Positions 12,510 to 29,000 of a stretch of 56,735 nucleotides of DNA are shown piece by piece. The notes below the pieces were generated by a model. It was not told where the DNA came from and did no database searches. It saw only the letters and a program-made list of their open reading frames with translations. The position numbers were made by a program, and so were the translations under genes. Position 1 is the first letter of the stretch. Each line of letters opens with the position of its first letter. The DNA is from Macrostomum lignano (taxonomy: Eukaryota), in the NCBI GenBank assembly GCA_002269645.1, contig NIVC01004174.1, forward strand, positions 1 through 56,735, read 5' to 3'.

Positions 12510-13090
12510 GAGATGGGAGTGGGGGGAGATGAGAGATAGGAGAGGGGGGAGATGAGAGATAGGAGAGGGGGGATGAGAGATGGGAGAGGAGGGAGATGGG
12601 AAAGGAGAGATGGGAGAGGAGGGAGATGGGAGAGGAGGGAGATGGGAGAGGAGGGAGATGGGAGATGAGAGGAGGGAGATGGGAAAGGAGAGATGGGAGA
12701 GGAGGGAGATGGGAGGTGGGAGAGGAGGGAGATGGGAGAGGAGGGAGATGAGAGATAGGAGAGGGGGAGATGAGAGATAGGAGAGGGGGGTGAGAGATGG
12801 GAGAGGAGGGAGATGGGAAAGGAGAGATGGGAGAGGAGGGAGATGGGAGAGGAGGGAAATGGGAGGGGAGGGAGATGCAGAGAGAGGAGAAAGATGCAGA
12901 GAGAGGAGGGAGATGGGAGAGGAGGGAGATGGGAGAGGAGGGAGATGCAGAGAGAGGAGGGAGATGAGAGAGGAGGGAGATGAGAGAGCGGAGGGAGATG
13001 CAGAGAGGAAAGAGATGGGAGAGGAGGGAGATGGGAGAAGAGGGAGATGGGAGAAGAGGGAGATGCAGAGAGAGGAGGGATATGGGATAG
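12510..13090 (+). repeat. Purine-rich minisatellite (about 16 bp, GGAGAGGAGGGAGATG)
   Basis: Nearly pure A/G strand with repeated GGGAGAGGAGGGAGAT units; explains ORFs 12469-13185. Confidence 0.9.
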
Positions 13091-13986
13091 ATGAGGCAGA
13101 CGCTAAGAGGGATTCGGGAGATACCGCATAACAGCAGCAAGCTTCCATCTCCAAATCGCGTTTGTTTGTGATCGAAGTAAATCAAGCCTGCATCTTAGTC
13201 TTTAATCTAATTTTAGTCTTAGTCTTCCTGTAGTCTCAGGTGTTTTGATCCGTATACGCAGCTCCGGGCGATCACCCGACAGCTTTGAGCTCAGCTCGCC
13301 AGTCAAGGCATTGACGTTTTCTCAAAAGATGAAACGCCAAGTCGCGTTTATTTGCGTTTGACTTTGAGGAAATTCTTTCCTGCTCTTGCCGAAGAGTTGT
13401 TTCCCTAAAGCAGAACCATCTGCTCCTTTTTCATTAGAAATGTTTAATAAGATTTCAGAATCGAAATGAAAAATAAAAAAAAAGATCGGCTTTGAGCCTC
13501 GCTTTTTTGTATTGAAGAATTTGCATGGTTCCATGTACTTTCCAATATGGGTTTCTCATTAGGTATAGGAGCTCCCGCTGCTCGGGATGCTGCTCTATTC
13601 TTTAATCAGTTCCGCCCCGCTGAGCTCGAAGTCCCCATCCAGCGACATGAAACGGGATTAGACCGATGCGGATATGCAGACTAGAGGGAGAATAGAAGAA
13701 AGTCTTTGAAGGCAGCTCATGATCTCTCAATGTCTTCTGTTCGGGCTGAGTTCCATCCCGGCTTGAGGCTCAAAACAAGTTCACTGAAAGCTCTCGAGCT
13801 TAATCTGGGTTTACTTTAGAGATAAGCAGACTGCCCAGTCCTGCCATTCTCTCTTCACGTCTTGAACACTTCCCGAGTTGCGAATTTCGTGTTCTCATTC
13901 TCCTTAATCTCTATGATTGACATGTATGATTTATCTGTCCTGTAGTCCTGCTTATACCAATTTTCCAGCGCCTCATGGCTTCTCAG

Positions 13987-17888
<3,902 letters not shown>

Positions 17889-18303
17889 GGCTTGGAAATG
17901 TACTTTAAAGTGTCAGAGTTATTTACATGCATGTATCAGATAGACCGACTTTTTGTTCTTTTTTAAGCAAAGGAGAACTGAGCCGAAGTCTGGAGGGACA
18001 GCTGAGCTGAATGAATAGATCGAATAGATCAGATACGTAGATCGTAGATCAGTCAATGGATTGATTGTAGAGATCAGATAGATCAATGTCTGATAGATCA
18101 GATAGAACGCATTTTTTAGTTTCATTGTTGAATAGTTGTTCCTTCAGACTCTGGTCTAAGAACTTCCTGGCCTTGGAATAAAATGAAACAATTATTTTTA
18201 TATTTATTTAAATTCTAACATTTCTACTTTCAGTAGTTCAACAAGTAAGGTGGTCGTGCGCATATCCTGTATGAATCATGTTAGTAGGCAATGATCAATT
18301 GTG

Positions 18304-18831
18304 TCAGTCTTTCTTGGCAGCGACCTGCCGCAGGCAGTCCACGGTCCCGAGTTCGTTCACCGCCGACGCCTGAATGCGGTCCGTCGAGCTCCTCGTCACT
18401 GCAATGCGTGAAATCTGATATTTTCATGCCCGATCTATACTACTGTACAGTAGAAATATAAACATTTTCTCCTAATAAATACGTTTTCCCCATGAAGGCT
18501 TTAACGCACCAGTTGTTCTTAATATTGAGTTGTTTTGTGCTTAAGGCGTGATTTGACGATCTGCTTGACCTGACTGCCTTCTGCTAATCCTTCTAAGCCT
18601 TGCTAATCCTGAGTGCAAAACTGGATTTCAATGCATAGACTGTGCATGCAAAGAATCGAAATTCCAATTTATAATTTGCGAGTGTCATGCTCGCATTGTT
18701 TGGCACGCCAACTGCGAAGCTGCGGTTTTCTGCAGGTTTTGAAAGCAGTTCTGTTTCTGTGCAGTTCTTTCTGTGTCTGTCTGTCTGTGTGTCTGTCTGT
18801 GACTGTCTATCTGTCTGTCTGTCTGTGTGCC

Positions 18832-18870
<39 letters not shown>

Positions 18871-18897
18871 ATGCCTGTCTGTCTGCCTGTCTGTCTA

Positions 18898-18930
<33 letters not shown>

Positions 18931-21900
18931 ATGCCTGTCTGTCTGTCTGGCCACAATCCAATCTCTCACCCTCCCCAGTGGTCCTTTGCTCGATCGCCCT
19001 GAGCCGCCGCGTCGCGATGGCTTCCAGCTGCACACGGGCCGCCTGGTGGTCCTCCAGCACCGCCCAGAGGTCGGCGCGGGCCAGGCAGAGCAGCTGCGAG
19101 TAGCCCACAGAGCGCACTGAGGCCGTGCGCCGGCTGCCCATGCGGCCGAGGCTCAGCACGGAGATCTCGCCAAAGTAGCAGCCGGCCCGCAGCGTGGCCA
19201 GGGCGCGGTCGGAGCCGTCTGACATCACCTGCAGCCGGCCCTGGCTCACAATGTACATCTGCCGGCCCACCTCGCCTGCGGCCGGGAGGCGAGAATTGAT
19301 GGCTAGATGGGGCGGTCTCAATCTAATCCCAAATCTCAGCCTTATCTACTAGACAATCACCCTAATTACTAGAATCTCGCCCCATCCTATCCCAAATCTC
19401 ACCCCAGCCTGTACACAATCTCACCCCATCCTGTATAAAATCTCACCCACCTTGTCCAAAATCTCACCCACCGTGCCAAAAATCTCACCCCACCCTGCTC
19501 AAAATCTCACCCTTCCTGCACACGAAATCCCCAGGCGAGAAGAGCACCGGCCGCAGGCGCAGCACCAGGTCGGTGAGGAAGCCCTCCTCGGTGTTGTGGA
19601 ACATGTCCACCCGCTTCAGCGTGTCCAGGTGCGCATGGATGGCCAGCTCCGCCTGCAGCTTGTCCGGCAGCGAGGCCAGCGCCGCCGTCTCGTTGCAGTC
19701 CTGAAGGCCCGAGTGGCGCCAGAGATGATCGAACCAGCGAATTACTCGCCGCTGCAGCTGATGAGGCACCCGACGGTTCTCCATGTAGCTCTTGACCTGG
19801 TCCAGGCGGCCTGCGGGTCGCGACAGGGGGCGGTGCTCAACTATGAGTCCTAAGTTCAGGTTGGATGCCGCAAAACCGATTCTAATCTTAGGTCAGGCAA
19901 CTTGCTGATCCTAATCTTAGGTCAGGCAACTTGCTGATCCTAATCTTAGGTCAGGCAACTTACTGATCCTAATCTTAGGTCAAACTTACTGATCCTAATC
20001 TTAGGTCAAACTTACTGATCCTAATCTTGGGACAGGCAACTTACTGATCCTAATCTTAGGTCAGGCAACTTACTGATCCTAATCTTAGGTCAAACTTACT
20101 GATCCTAATCTTAAGTCAAACTTACTGATCCTAATCTTAGGTCAAACTTACTGATCCTAATCTTGGGACAGGCAACTTACTGATCCTAACCTTAGGTCAA
20201 ACGTACTGATCCTAATATTAGGTCAGGCAACTTGCTGATCCTAATCTTGGTCAGGCAACCGACTTACTCTACTTGAAACTTGCTGATTCTAATCTTAGGT
20301 CAGGCAACTTGCTGATCCTAATCTTAGGTCAGGCAACCGACTTACTCTACTTGAAACTTGCTGATTCTAATCTTAGGTCAGGCAACTTGCTGATCCTAAT
20401 CTTAGGTCAGGCAACCGACTTACTCTACTTGAAACTTGCTGATTCTAATCTTAGGTCAGGCAACTTGCTGATCCTAATCTTAGGTCAGGCAACCGACTTA
20501 CTCTACTTGAAACTTGCTGATTCTAATCTTAGGTCAGGCAACTTGCTGATCCTAATCTTAGGTCAGGCAACTTGCTGATCCTAATCTTAGGTCAGGCAAC
20601 TTGCTGATCCTAATCTTAGGTTAGGAAACTTACTGATCCTAATCTTAGTTCAGGCAACTACTGGTCATAATTTTATGAAGGGTTACATGCACTACTAATG
20701 GTAACCTACATTTCGGTTGGGCTACACACTAGCCTAATAATCTTGCATCCCCAGAATCGTCCAGATAGCAGATGCGATTCCGACCTCATGTCGTCTCCAA
20801 GGCCTCAGGCACCGCAGCCACATCTGACCCGATTCCAACCTGTCACTCATCCGCAGCAAACCCAAAGATTTAGTGAATGCCAAAATCAAATAAAATGCGA
20901 GTTTTTTGCTTCGCGTCTTCCCCGATTTCGCCTCGGCTGTTTGCCCCGACATCAAATATTTGCCCAGGGCTTGTCTGGGCAGCTGGTCGATTTATCAATA
21001 CTCTTGTTGTATTGGCGGCGGGCCCAGGGCTGGGTGCCAGGCGAGTTTTTCAAGTATGCAACCATTTCCTGGCATTGCTAGGCTGGAACTGTTGGGGCAC
21101 TGCACATGAGTTTATTAGAGGCAGGGGCTGTGGTGCACCCTGGCGCACTTTAAGCCGGCTCCGCTGAGCAGGCACACAAGCGCGCGGATACGTACGCAGT
21201 CATACGCACAGGCACACACTCACACAGGAGTGTACAGCGGCCCTAACTTGATTCATCGTTAGGCATGTACACTTCTGCACTGTGCCTTGGGGGTTGGCCC
21301 TCAAGGCCGTTAATTGCACGAGCAGAGCCAAGCCGAGATTCCAATTTAGCCCCAAATTAATGAGACTGCACTTGGAATCGAGCCTGGGCCGCTGGCGCAT
21401 CAGAGCGCCGCGCCAGACCACTTTAGCTGCTACGGCCCTACTAAGCGAACTGTCTGTATCCGCTGTGTCTGTGCCAGGACACTGTCTGTACTGGCGTGTC
21501 TACATGAGCGTGTACTGCAGAATGAAATCGTACCTGTGAAATACGGAATACGCTCGTACCAGAAATTTTCTATAATCGGTGCATCAGTATCGCCGCAATG
21601 AGTGTCAGGATTGATTCTAATTAGTGTCAGGGTTGACTATAATTAGTGTCAATTATTGACTACAGATAGTAGCTATCCTATTGGATCCTATAGGATCAAC
21701 AAACAGATTAGATGTCGCGACTTTGCAAAACGTGTCACTCCGCCAGCTCACTCTGGAAATCCTGCCGTCCCCTGTCGCAGTCGGCCAGCATGGCGGTCAC
21801 GTGACCCAGGACGCTGGCGAAGACCAGCAGGCCCAACACCATCTGCGAGACGGCGAAGGCGCAATCGGTGGCGCGTCTGCTGGACAGCGGCAGGTCGGAC

Positions 21901-23434
21901 ATCAAAGCCACTGACAGGCAGCTGCGGTAGAGGCTGCTCAAGTACCGCTCGGCGATGGCTGAGCCACCCTCCGAGCTCTCTGGCGCGGTGGCACCCCACA
22001 GCTGCAGCAGGCAGGCGTTGGCGTGGATCAGAAACAGCAGGTGGTGCAGCAGCTTGGCTACTCGGACACAGTTCGGGTAGCTGGTGTGCCGTTCGAGCCT
22101 GTCCAGGAACTGCGCCAGCTTGTACACCTGCGGGGGCGTGTGGAGACTGTATGCGCCTTGAGATCTCTCCCTTGGAGGCTGTATGCGCCTTGAGATCTCT
22201 CCCTTGGAGGCTGTATGCGCCTTGAGATCTCTCCCTTGGAGGCTGTATAAGCACCTTGAGATCTCTCCCTTGGAGGCTGTATGCGCCTTGAGATCTCTCC
22301 CTTGGAGGCTGTATAAGCACCTTGAGATCTCTCCCTTGGAGGCTGTATGCGCCTTGAGATCTCTCCCTTGGAGGCTGTATGCACCTTTAGATCTCTCCCT
22401 TGGAGGCTGTATGCACCTTGAGATCTCTCCTTTGGAGGCTGTTGCACCTTGAGATCTCTCCCTTGGAGGCTGTTGCACCTTGAGATCTCTCCCTTGGAGG
22501 CTGTATGCACCTTGAGATCTCTCCCTTGGAGGCTGTTGCACCTTGAGATCTCTCCCTTGGAGGCTGTATGTGCCTTGAGATCTCTTCCTTGGAGGTTTTA
22601 TGTGCCTTGAGATCTCTCCTCTGGAGGTTGTATGCGCCTTGAGATCTCTCCTTTGGAGGCTGTATGCACCTTGAGATCTCTCCCTTGGAGGCTGTATGTG
22701 CCTTGAGATCTCTCCTCTGGAGGTTGTATGCGCCTTGAGATCTCTCCTTTGGAGGCTGTATGCACCTTGAGATCTCTCCCTTGGAGGCTGTATGCGCTCT
22801 GTATGAGATCTCCCCCCAGGTACATGTATTGCGTATGTAGATGCCATTCACAGTAGTTTAGAGGTTCGTGCAAGATCTTCGCACAGGTTGAACCAGCTGA
22901 AGCAGTTTGCTCGCTGAGAATGTCTATGGCCAAGACGCCCTAAGTCCCGAAGTCCAGCCCTCAAAAACCTATCGATATACGCTGCATTGGCATTTATTCA
23001 TCCACCTTGCACAGCCGCAGGGCCCGGAGCGCCGAGCTGAAGCCCAAGGCCAGGTAGAGGCAGTCCAGGGGCAGCAGGCTCAAACAGTCGGCGCAGAATC
23101 TGCCGCTAGCCAGGTAGCGAGCCCGCATCTTCGCCGGGTTGATCTGCCGCACACCGTCTTCCAGGAAGCCGGTGCGCAGGGACACGGCAATGTCCGCCAG
23201 GTAGACGCAGTCGGCCGCATAGTCCAGCGGCAGCCACACGCGCGCCGTGGCGGCGGTCAACTCGGCAAAGGCCAGGCGGAACAGCGGCAGCCAGAGGTTA
23301 TAGAGGACGGCGAAGGACACCGCAGCGGACCAGCAGAACGCGGCCGGACTGTCCGGGTCCACGGCTGCGAAGCTGCTACGCTGTCTACGGCTGTTGGACC
23401 CCAGCTGGTTGCCAGAGGCCGACGGGTTGGGCAT
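18304..23434 (-). CDS. Cyclic nucleotide-gated (CNGA/tax-4-like) cation channel subunit
   Basis: Phase-consistent exons 23434-23006, 22127-21752, 19810-19511, 19275-18970 and putative last exon 18398-18304 give 1506 nt. Motifs: LDYAADCVYLADI..RTGFLEDG, LLPLD, ERHTSYPN, LPDKLQAELAIHAHLDTLKRV, VLFSPGDFVCRKGEVG, YFGEISVL, RRTASVRSVGYS. Further 5' exons are possible. Confidence 0.9.
18773..18948 (+). repeat. (TCTG)n microsatellite
   Basis: In the last CNG intron; reads (GACA)n on the gene's sense strand. Confidence 0.95.
19320..19510 (+). repeat. Degenerate AATCTCACCC repeat
   Basis: Repeated AAATCTCACCCCA motifs in the CNG intron 19276-19510. Confidence 0.75.
19885..20650 (+). repeat. Intronic 25-29 bp minisatellite with a 78-bp higher-order block
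   Basis: Unit TCTTAGGTCAGGCAACTTGCTGATCCTAA; 78-bp super-unit marked by ACCGAC at 20258, 20336, 20414 and 20492. Confidence 0.92.
21356..21438 (-). mobile_element. tRNA-derived SINE head, copy 1
   Basis: Reverse complement reads GGGCCGTAGCAGCTAAAGTGG...CCCAGGCTCGATTCCAAGTGCAGTCTCATTAAT, with a B-box-like GGCTCGATTCC; shares its core with 43505-43584. Confidence 0.6.
22148..22800 (+). repeat. Intronic 30-32 bp minisatellite (ATGCGCCTTGAGATCTCTCCCTTGGAGGCTGT)
   Basis: About 20 copies filling CNG intron 22128-23005. Confidence 0.95.
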
Positions 23435-23474
23435 TTTCCCGTTTGGATCTCCGAGGATTAAGTGTGAGAACCTG

Positions 23475-23946
23475 CAGTGAAGCTTCACACACGAGTAGAA
23501 TCTGCCAGTGAAGCTTCAGCCACAAGTAGAATCTGCCAGTGAAGCTTCACACACGAGTAGAATCTGCCAGTGAAGCTTCACACACGAGTAGAATCTGCCA
23601 GTGAAGCTTCACACACGAGTAGAATCTGCCAGTGAAGCTTCACACACGAGTAGAATCTGCCAGTGAAGCTTCACACACGAGTAGAATCTGCCAGTGAAGC
23701 TTCACACACGAGTAGAATCTGCCAGTGAAGCTTCAGCCACAAGTAGAATCTGCCAGTGAAGCTTCAGCCACAAGTAGAATCTGCCAGTGAAGCTTCACAC
23801 ACGAGTAGAATCTGCCAGTGAAGCTTCACACACGAGTAGAATCTGCCAGTGAAGCTTCACACACGAGTAGAATCTGCCAGTGAAGCTTCACACACGAGTA
23901 GAATCTGCCAGTGAAGCTTCAGCCACAGGTAGAATCTGCCAGTGAA
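23475..23946 (+). repeat. 31-bp minisatellite (GTGAAGCTTCACACACGAGTAGAATCTGCCA)
   Basis: About 15 near-identical copies, each containing the palindrome GTGAAGCTTCAC; no spacers. Confidence 0.95.
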
Positions 23947-24519
23947 GCAGCTTTGATGCACAGTAGAAAGCTAAAGTTCTGTTTTACAGTAGTCAGGCCT
24001 GTGCCCTTAAACCAGCACGCCCCGGCAGAAGCTACAAAACTCTGTCAATGGAGTTCTGCCATTGGCCCGGTCGTCCCCCAGCAGGTACAAGCAGTAGAAT
24101 TCCAATTTCCTTTAGCAAATCCCTTAGCCAACAGAGGGAAGATTTATTCTTTTAATTCTCAAGTTTCCCTGCTCAGTTGGTAGAGCAGAAAATAAACAAA
24201 AAAACTGCTCAACTGAACTTGAATTCCAGCATTCCTCTCTAGCGAATGAGTCCCCAAAAAACACACAGAGTAGAGTCGAGCTCAAACACTCGGCAGCAGT
24301 TACTGTGTGAACTCTCGTATAAAAATTACTATTCAAATATTTGAGAATGAGCTGGCCCTAGCTGGGCAATTATTATAATTGGTCCACAGATTTTCGATGG
24401 AATTCTCGAGCCCCTGCAGCAGTCTGCTGGGACTTAAACAGTAAACTACGATAAGAAATCACGCAGGCTACACAGTACGGCAGTGTATGTACAAGCTGAT
24501 ATGCAGACTGGCGGGATGG

Positions 24520-24930
24520 GCCAGGCTGGGACTGAGGGAGACTGGATGGGAGAGGGATGGGAAAGGGAGAGGGATGGGAAAAGAAAAGTAAAGTGGGGTT
24601 ATAGAGGAGATAGTAGGGGGTAGGGAGAAAGGTAGGGATGGTATGTAGAAAATAGAGAGGGGAAGTAGAGAGAGGTAGAGAGAGGAAGAGAGGGGAGTAG
24701 AGAGGGAGGTAGAGAGGTAGGGAGGGGTTAGATAAGGAAGCACAAAGGGGTTAGATAGGGAGGTAGGGAGGGGGTAGATAGGGGAGGTGGGGAGGGGTTA
24801 GATAGGGGAGGTACATGTAGGGAGAGGTTAGATAGGGGGGTAGGGAGGGGGTAGATAGGGGAGGTGGGGAGGGGTTAGATAGGGTAGGTGGGGAGGGGTT
24901 AGATAGGGTAGGTGGGGAGGGGGCAGTTAG
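24520..24930 (+). repeat. Purine/G-rich low-complexity repeat
   Basis: GGGGAGGGGTTAGATAGGG-like units. Confidence 0.8.
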
Positions 24931-26024
24931 ATGGGGATCTACAAGCCAAGCACAGCAACAAGCAAGCTGTACATCGAGCTCACTCAAAGCGAGCTAATTC
25001 TAAGCCCTAGCAACAGGTTCAAAATGGCGCGTTGCAGCTAATAGCGTACACGTGAAGAAAAACAAATTTATAAGTAAAAAGGATCTGAACGAATGAAGGT
25101 TAAAAGCAGTGTGAGGTTTTTATAGGAACGGGCTGAAAAAGAAGCAAGCAATAAATTGTAAAAACTAAGCAAACACATGGAGTGAAAGAATCGCACTAGC
25201 CTACTCACAAATAGCACAGCAATAGTAGTATAATCCAGGTAGGAACAATTCAGTTTAAGCATGTAAGATCTAGAATTTAAGACAGCGTATTTTGACAGCA
25301 GAATGAACGACAGGATTGTAAAAACGGGCTGATAAACAACGCAGACTCTGGGTCTGATAAAACTGCAAATTTATTAGTGACGGGCAGCACAAAGTATTGA
25401 GATAAAATAAGTTGGACAGAATCCGTCACGAGGTTGTAGAAAAAGAATAGCGAAAATAAACTATAGTAAAAACGTTCGATATTTTTTTCTGATTCAAAGC
25501 AAACTCCATAGCAAGGCAAGACAGCCATGAGCCATGAGGTGAGTCATTGAGTACGCTTATTCTGCGTACTAACCGCTGCCAACTAAGCTTAACCTGCAGC
25601 GCTGAAGTTAAACATAGTAACGCACGGAATCGAACTCAAGCGCTCATGGGCGTTTCGGTCCCGAATTTGTCAAAAGTCTTCAGAGTCACCTTTGAGGTTA
25701 ATTTTGACTCTATTAAGTCTACTCAAGTGAGTAGAAAGTCAAGCGCTAACACAACCACTCTTGGGCGAAATTTTCGAGACTCTTTTACGATTCTGCAACT
25801 CACGTGATGCGCTCGTGACTCAACAGTCGCCTCTCCGTCGCACTGCAATCGTTTGAATCGTTGACAATTCACAAGCTTTAGCGCCAGAGAGTTGCTAAAG
25901 AGTTGTTTGCAATGTCCCAGTAACGTTTTCAACGGTCTACTGCCAGTAGCTAATATCGGTGACAACAATTTTTATTAAAAACCGCCAATCAAATTGAAAT
26001 AAAAAGACCGGTGCACCCAGAACG

Positions 26025-29000
26025 TCACAGGCAGGTCCACTCGGCGCTGCCGCTCCGGCTGCTCGACGCCGTGGTGGCCGACGCCGCCGCCATCGTCAGG
26101 GTCGACGGAGCAGCGTCGTTGAAGTCGATCAGCGCCTTCTCCTGACGACACATGTCGATGGCCTGCCGGATGGCGGCCACCCAGTGGTCCCGGCCTGGAA
26201 GCGGCTGTCCGGCCGCCGCTGCCGCCGCCGCCACGGAGCCACCGTGGCAGACGCGGTACTTGTAGCTGCTGAACTTCAGGCCCGATAAGGAGGCGTGCTG
26301 CCTGCCGGCGGCCGACTCTGAGAGGAAATTAAATTAGGGGATTTCCAGTGCTACTTGAGAATTAATGAGTGGGATTAGAGAGCATTCCGAGAAAATTGAG
26401 ATTTTTTCATTTTAAAATGATTGGAAAAGATTGTGAGATTTTGTGAGAAAGGGATTCTGGGATTTTAATGAATTGAATTAGAGATTGGAGATGATGTGAA
26501 TGGGATTAGAGTTTGGAGATTATGTGAATAGATTAGAGATTGGAGATGATGTGAATGGATTAGAGATGGGAGGTGATGTGAATAGATTAGAGATTGGAGA
26601 TGTTGTGAATGGGATTAGAGATAGGAGATTATGTGAATGGGATTAGAGAAAGGAGATGGTGTGAATGGGATTAGAGATTGGAGATTATGTGAATAGGATT
26701 AGAGATGGGAGATGATGTGAATGGGATTAGAGATTGGAGATTATGTGAATAGGATTAGAGATGGGAGATTATGTGAATGGGATTAGAGATTGGAGATGAT
26801 GTGAATGGGATTAGAGAAAGGAGATGATGTGAATAGATTAGAGATTGGAGGTGGTGTCAAGGGGATTCGAGGATCTCAACAGCAGCCTCAGGCAGCCTCA
26901 CCGCACTGGTCATCAAAGTTGATCTGGAACGCCAGCCGGTTGCCCCCCTGCGGCAGCTGCAGCTGCCTGCCGCGGCTGTCCACCTCGCCGACATCGTCAA
27001 CCAGCGATGCGTTCTCCAGCGACTGCGCGTGCTTCCACGCTTCCTTGTAGTGCCGGCGGCGGTCGCCGCCGCTGAAGGAGGACGGCAGCAGCAGGCGCTG
27101 GCAGGGCGGGTAGAGGCGCAGCTGCGGCCCGGACGCTTCCAGGGTCAGCTCGGCCCAGAAGCGGCGATAACGGGAGCGGGTCTGCCGCTTGCCCAGCTTA
27201 AAAATCGACTTCCGCTCCAGCGGGCCCTGGCACAGCGGCTCCGCCTCCTGCCGCTCCAACGGCGTCGACGGCAGCAGGCGAATTTCCGGCCGCGGCAGTG
27301 GCGGCGCCGGCTGCTGCTGCCGCTGCAACTGCGGGCTGGCCGCCGGGGACGAAAGCGGCGGAGGCGAGGAAGGCGGAGCAGACAGCGGGCCGGCGGCGCC
27401 GCCAGTTGCGACTGGCGCGTTTGACGAGAGACTGGCGTTGCTGCAGTCTGCGGCTGCGGGCAGGATGAGGATGCGTGGGTCAGCAGTGGGGGTGAATGGC
27501 TCAGGATTGGGGATGCGTGGGTCAGGAGTGGGGGTGAATGAGTCAGGATTGGGGATGCGTGGGTCAGGACTGGGAGTGAGTGGGTCAGGACTGTGGGTGA
27601 GTGGGTCAGGACTGGGGGTGAGTGGGTCAGGACTGGGGTGAGTGGGTCAGGACTGGGGATGAATGGGTCAGGACTGGGGAATGAGTGGGTCAGGACTGGG
27701 GGTGAGTGGGTCAGGACTGGGGATGAGTGGGTCAGGACTGGGGAATGAGTGGGTCAGGACTGGGGATGAGTGGGTCAGAAGTGGGTATGAGTGGGTCAGG
27801 ATTGGGGATGAGTGGGTCAGAAGTGGGGATGCTGGGTCAGGTTATGATAATGACTGGGTCCTAAGTTGCGGGATAATTGGGTCAAATGGAAAGAGCCGAA
27901 GATGGAGGCATAGTAAAGTCACAGCATGTGCATGTAGTAAGCAAGAACACAGCTGTCACTCACTGGACACGGGCAGCGAGTCATCGATGAGGTTGCGCAG
28001 ATGCTCGATGCCGTTTGGGTGACCGGCGCTCATCGGCAGGAAGGCGACGTCTCCAACGCCGGGGCGCTGCCGGTCGGGCCTCGGAGTTGCGCCCAGGCCG
28101 CCACCTGGGGCGCTGATGGCGTGATGGTCATGCAGGGCGGAACTGCGAATGGGGTTGGACGGAATTATGATGCATAGGCCGACTGATGATCGCGGCGATC
28201 TAAGACTGCTCAGAGACACTTCAAGTGAGTAGGGATTCTTATGGAAGTTCAAAGTGCGATTCTGAAGTACATTTTAGCGGCGATTCTAAAGTACGTTTCA
28301 GGAAAAATTCCTATGGACGTTTCAGAGGCGCTTCTCAAGGTCGTTTCAGAGGCGCTTCTCAAGGTCGTTTCAGAGGGAGTTCTCAAGAACGTTTCAGAGG
28401 GGGTTCTCAAGGTCATTTCAGAGGCGATTCTCAAGGACGTTTCAGAGGGGGTTCTCAAGGACGTTTCAGAGGGGGTTCTCAAGGTCGTTTCAGAGGCGAT
28501 TCTCAAGGACGTTTTAGAGGGGTTTTCAAGGACATTTCAGAGGGGGTTCTGAAGGTCGTTTTAGAGACAATTCTCAAGGACGTTTTAGAGGCGCTTCTCA
28601 AGGACGTTTTAAAATTCTTAAGAACATTTCAGAGGCGATTTTCAAGTTCGTTTCAGAGAGGGTTCTCAAGGACGTTTTAAAGGGGGGTTTTCAAGGACTT
28701 TTCAGAGGGGGTTCTCAAGGTCGTTTTAGAGACAATTCTCAAGGACGTTTTAGAGGCGCTTCTCAAGGTCGTTTCAGAGGCGATTCTCAAGGACGTTTCA
28801 GAGGGGGTTCTCAAGGACGTTTCAAAGGCGATTCTCAAGGACGTTTCAGAGGGGGTTCTCAAGGACGTTTCAAAGGCGGTTCTCAAGGATGTTTCAGAGG
28901 GGGTTCTCAAGGTCGTTTTAGAGGGGGTTCTCAAGGCTGGTGATCCTTTCAACCTGATCATAAAAGGTCCCTTTTATGTGGCGAATTTAAGATTGGTGCA

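Noticed and set aside
12469-13185. Long ORFs on both strands (Pro/Ser/Leu-rich or Glu/Arg/Gly-rich)
   Set aside because: Translation of a purine-rich minisatellite; no start context or domain.
18321-18411. Possible extra FANCA-like exon on + overlapping the last CNG exon
   Set aside because: Phase-compatible, but the peptide shows no FANCA similarity and an upstream stop plus polyA signal already explain the gene end; cannot be supported without cDNA.
23475-23946. CRISPR-like array (31-bp unit containing a palindrome)
   Set aside because: No unique spacers, no cas genes and a eukaryotic context. The same applies to the 79-bp array at 44337-44879.
28225-28961. RGG-like ORF (GRFRGGSQ repeats) and others
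   Set aside because: Products of a 24-bp intronic repeat antisense to RalGPS; open in several frames simply because the unit is a multiple of 3.
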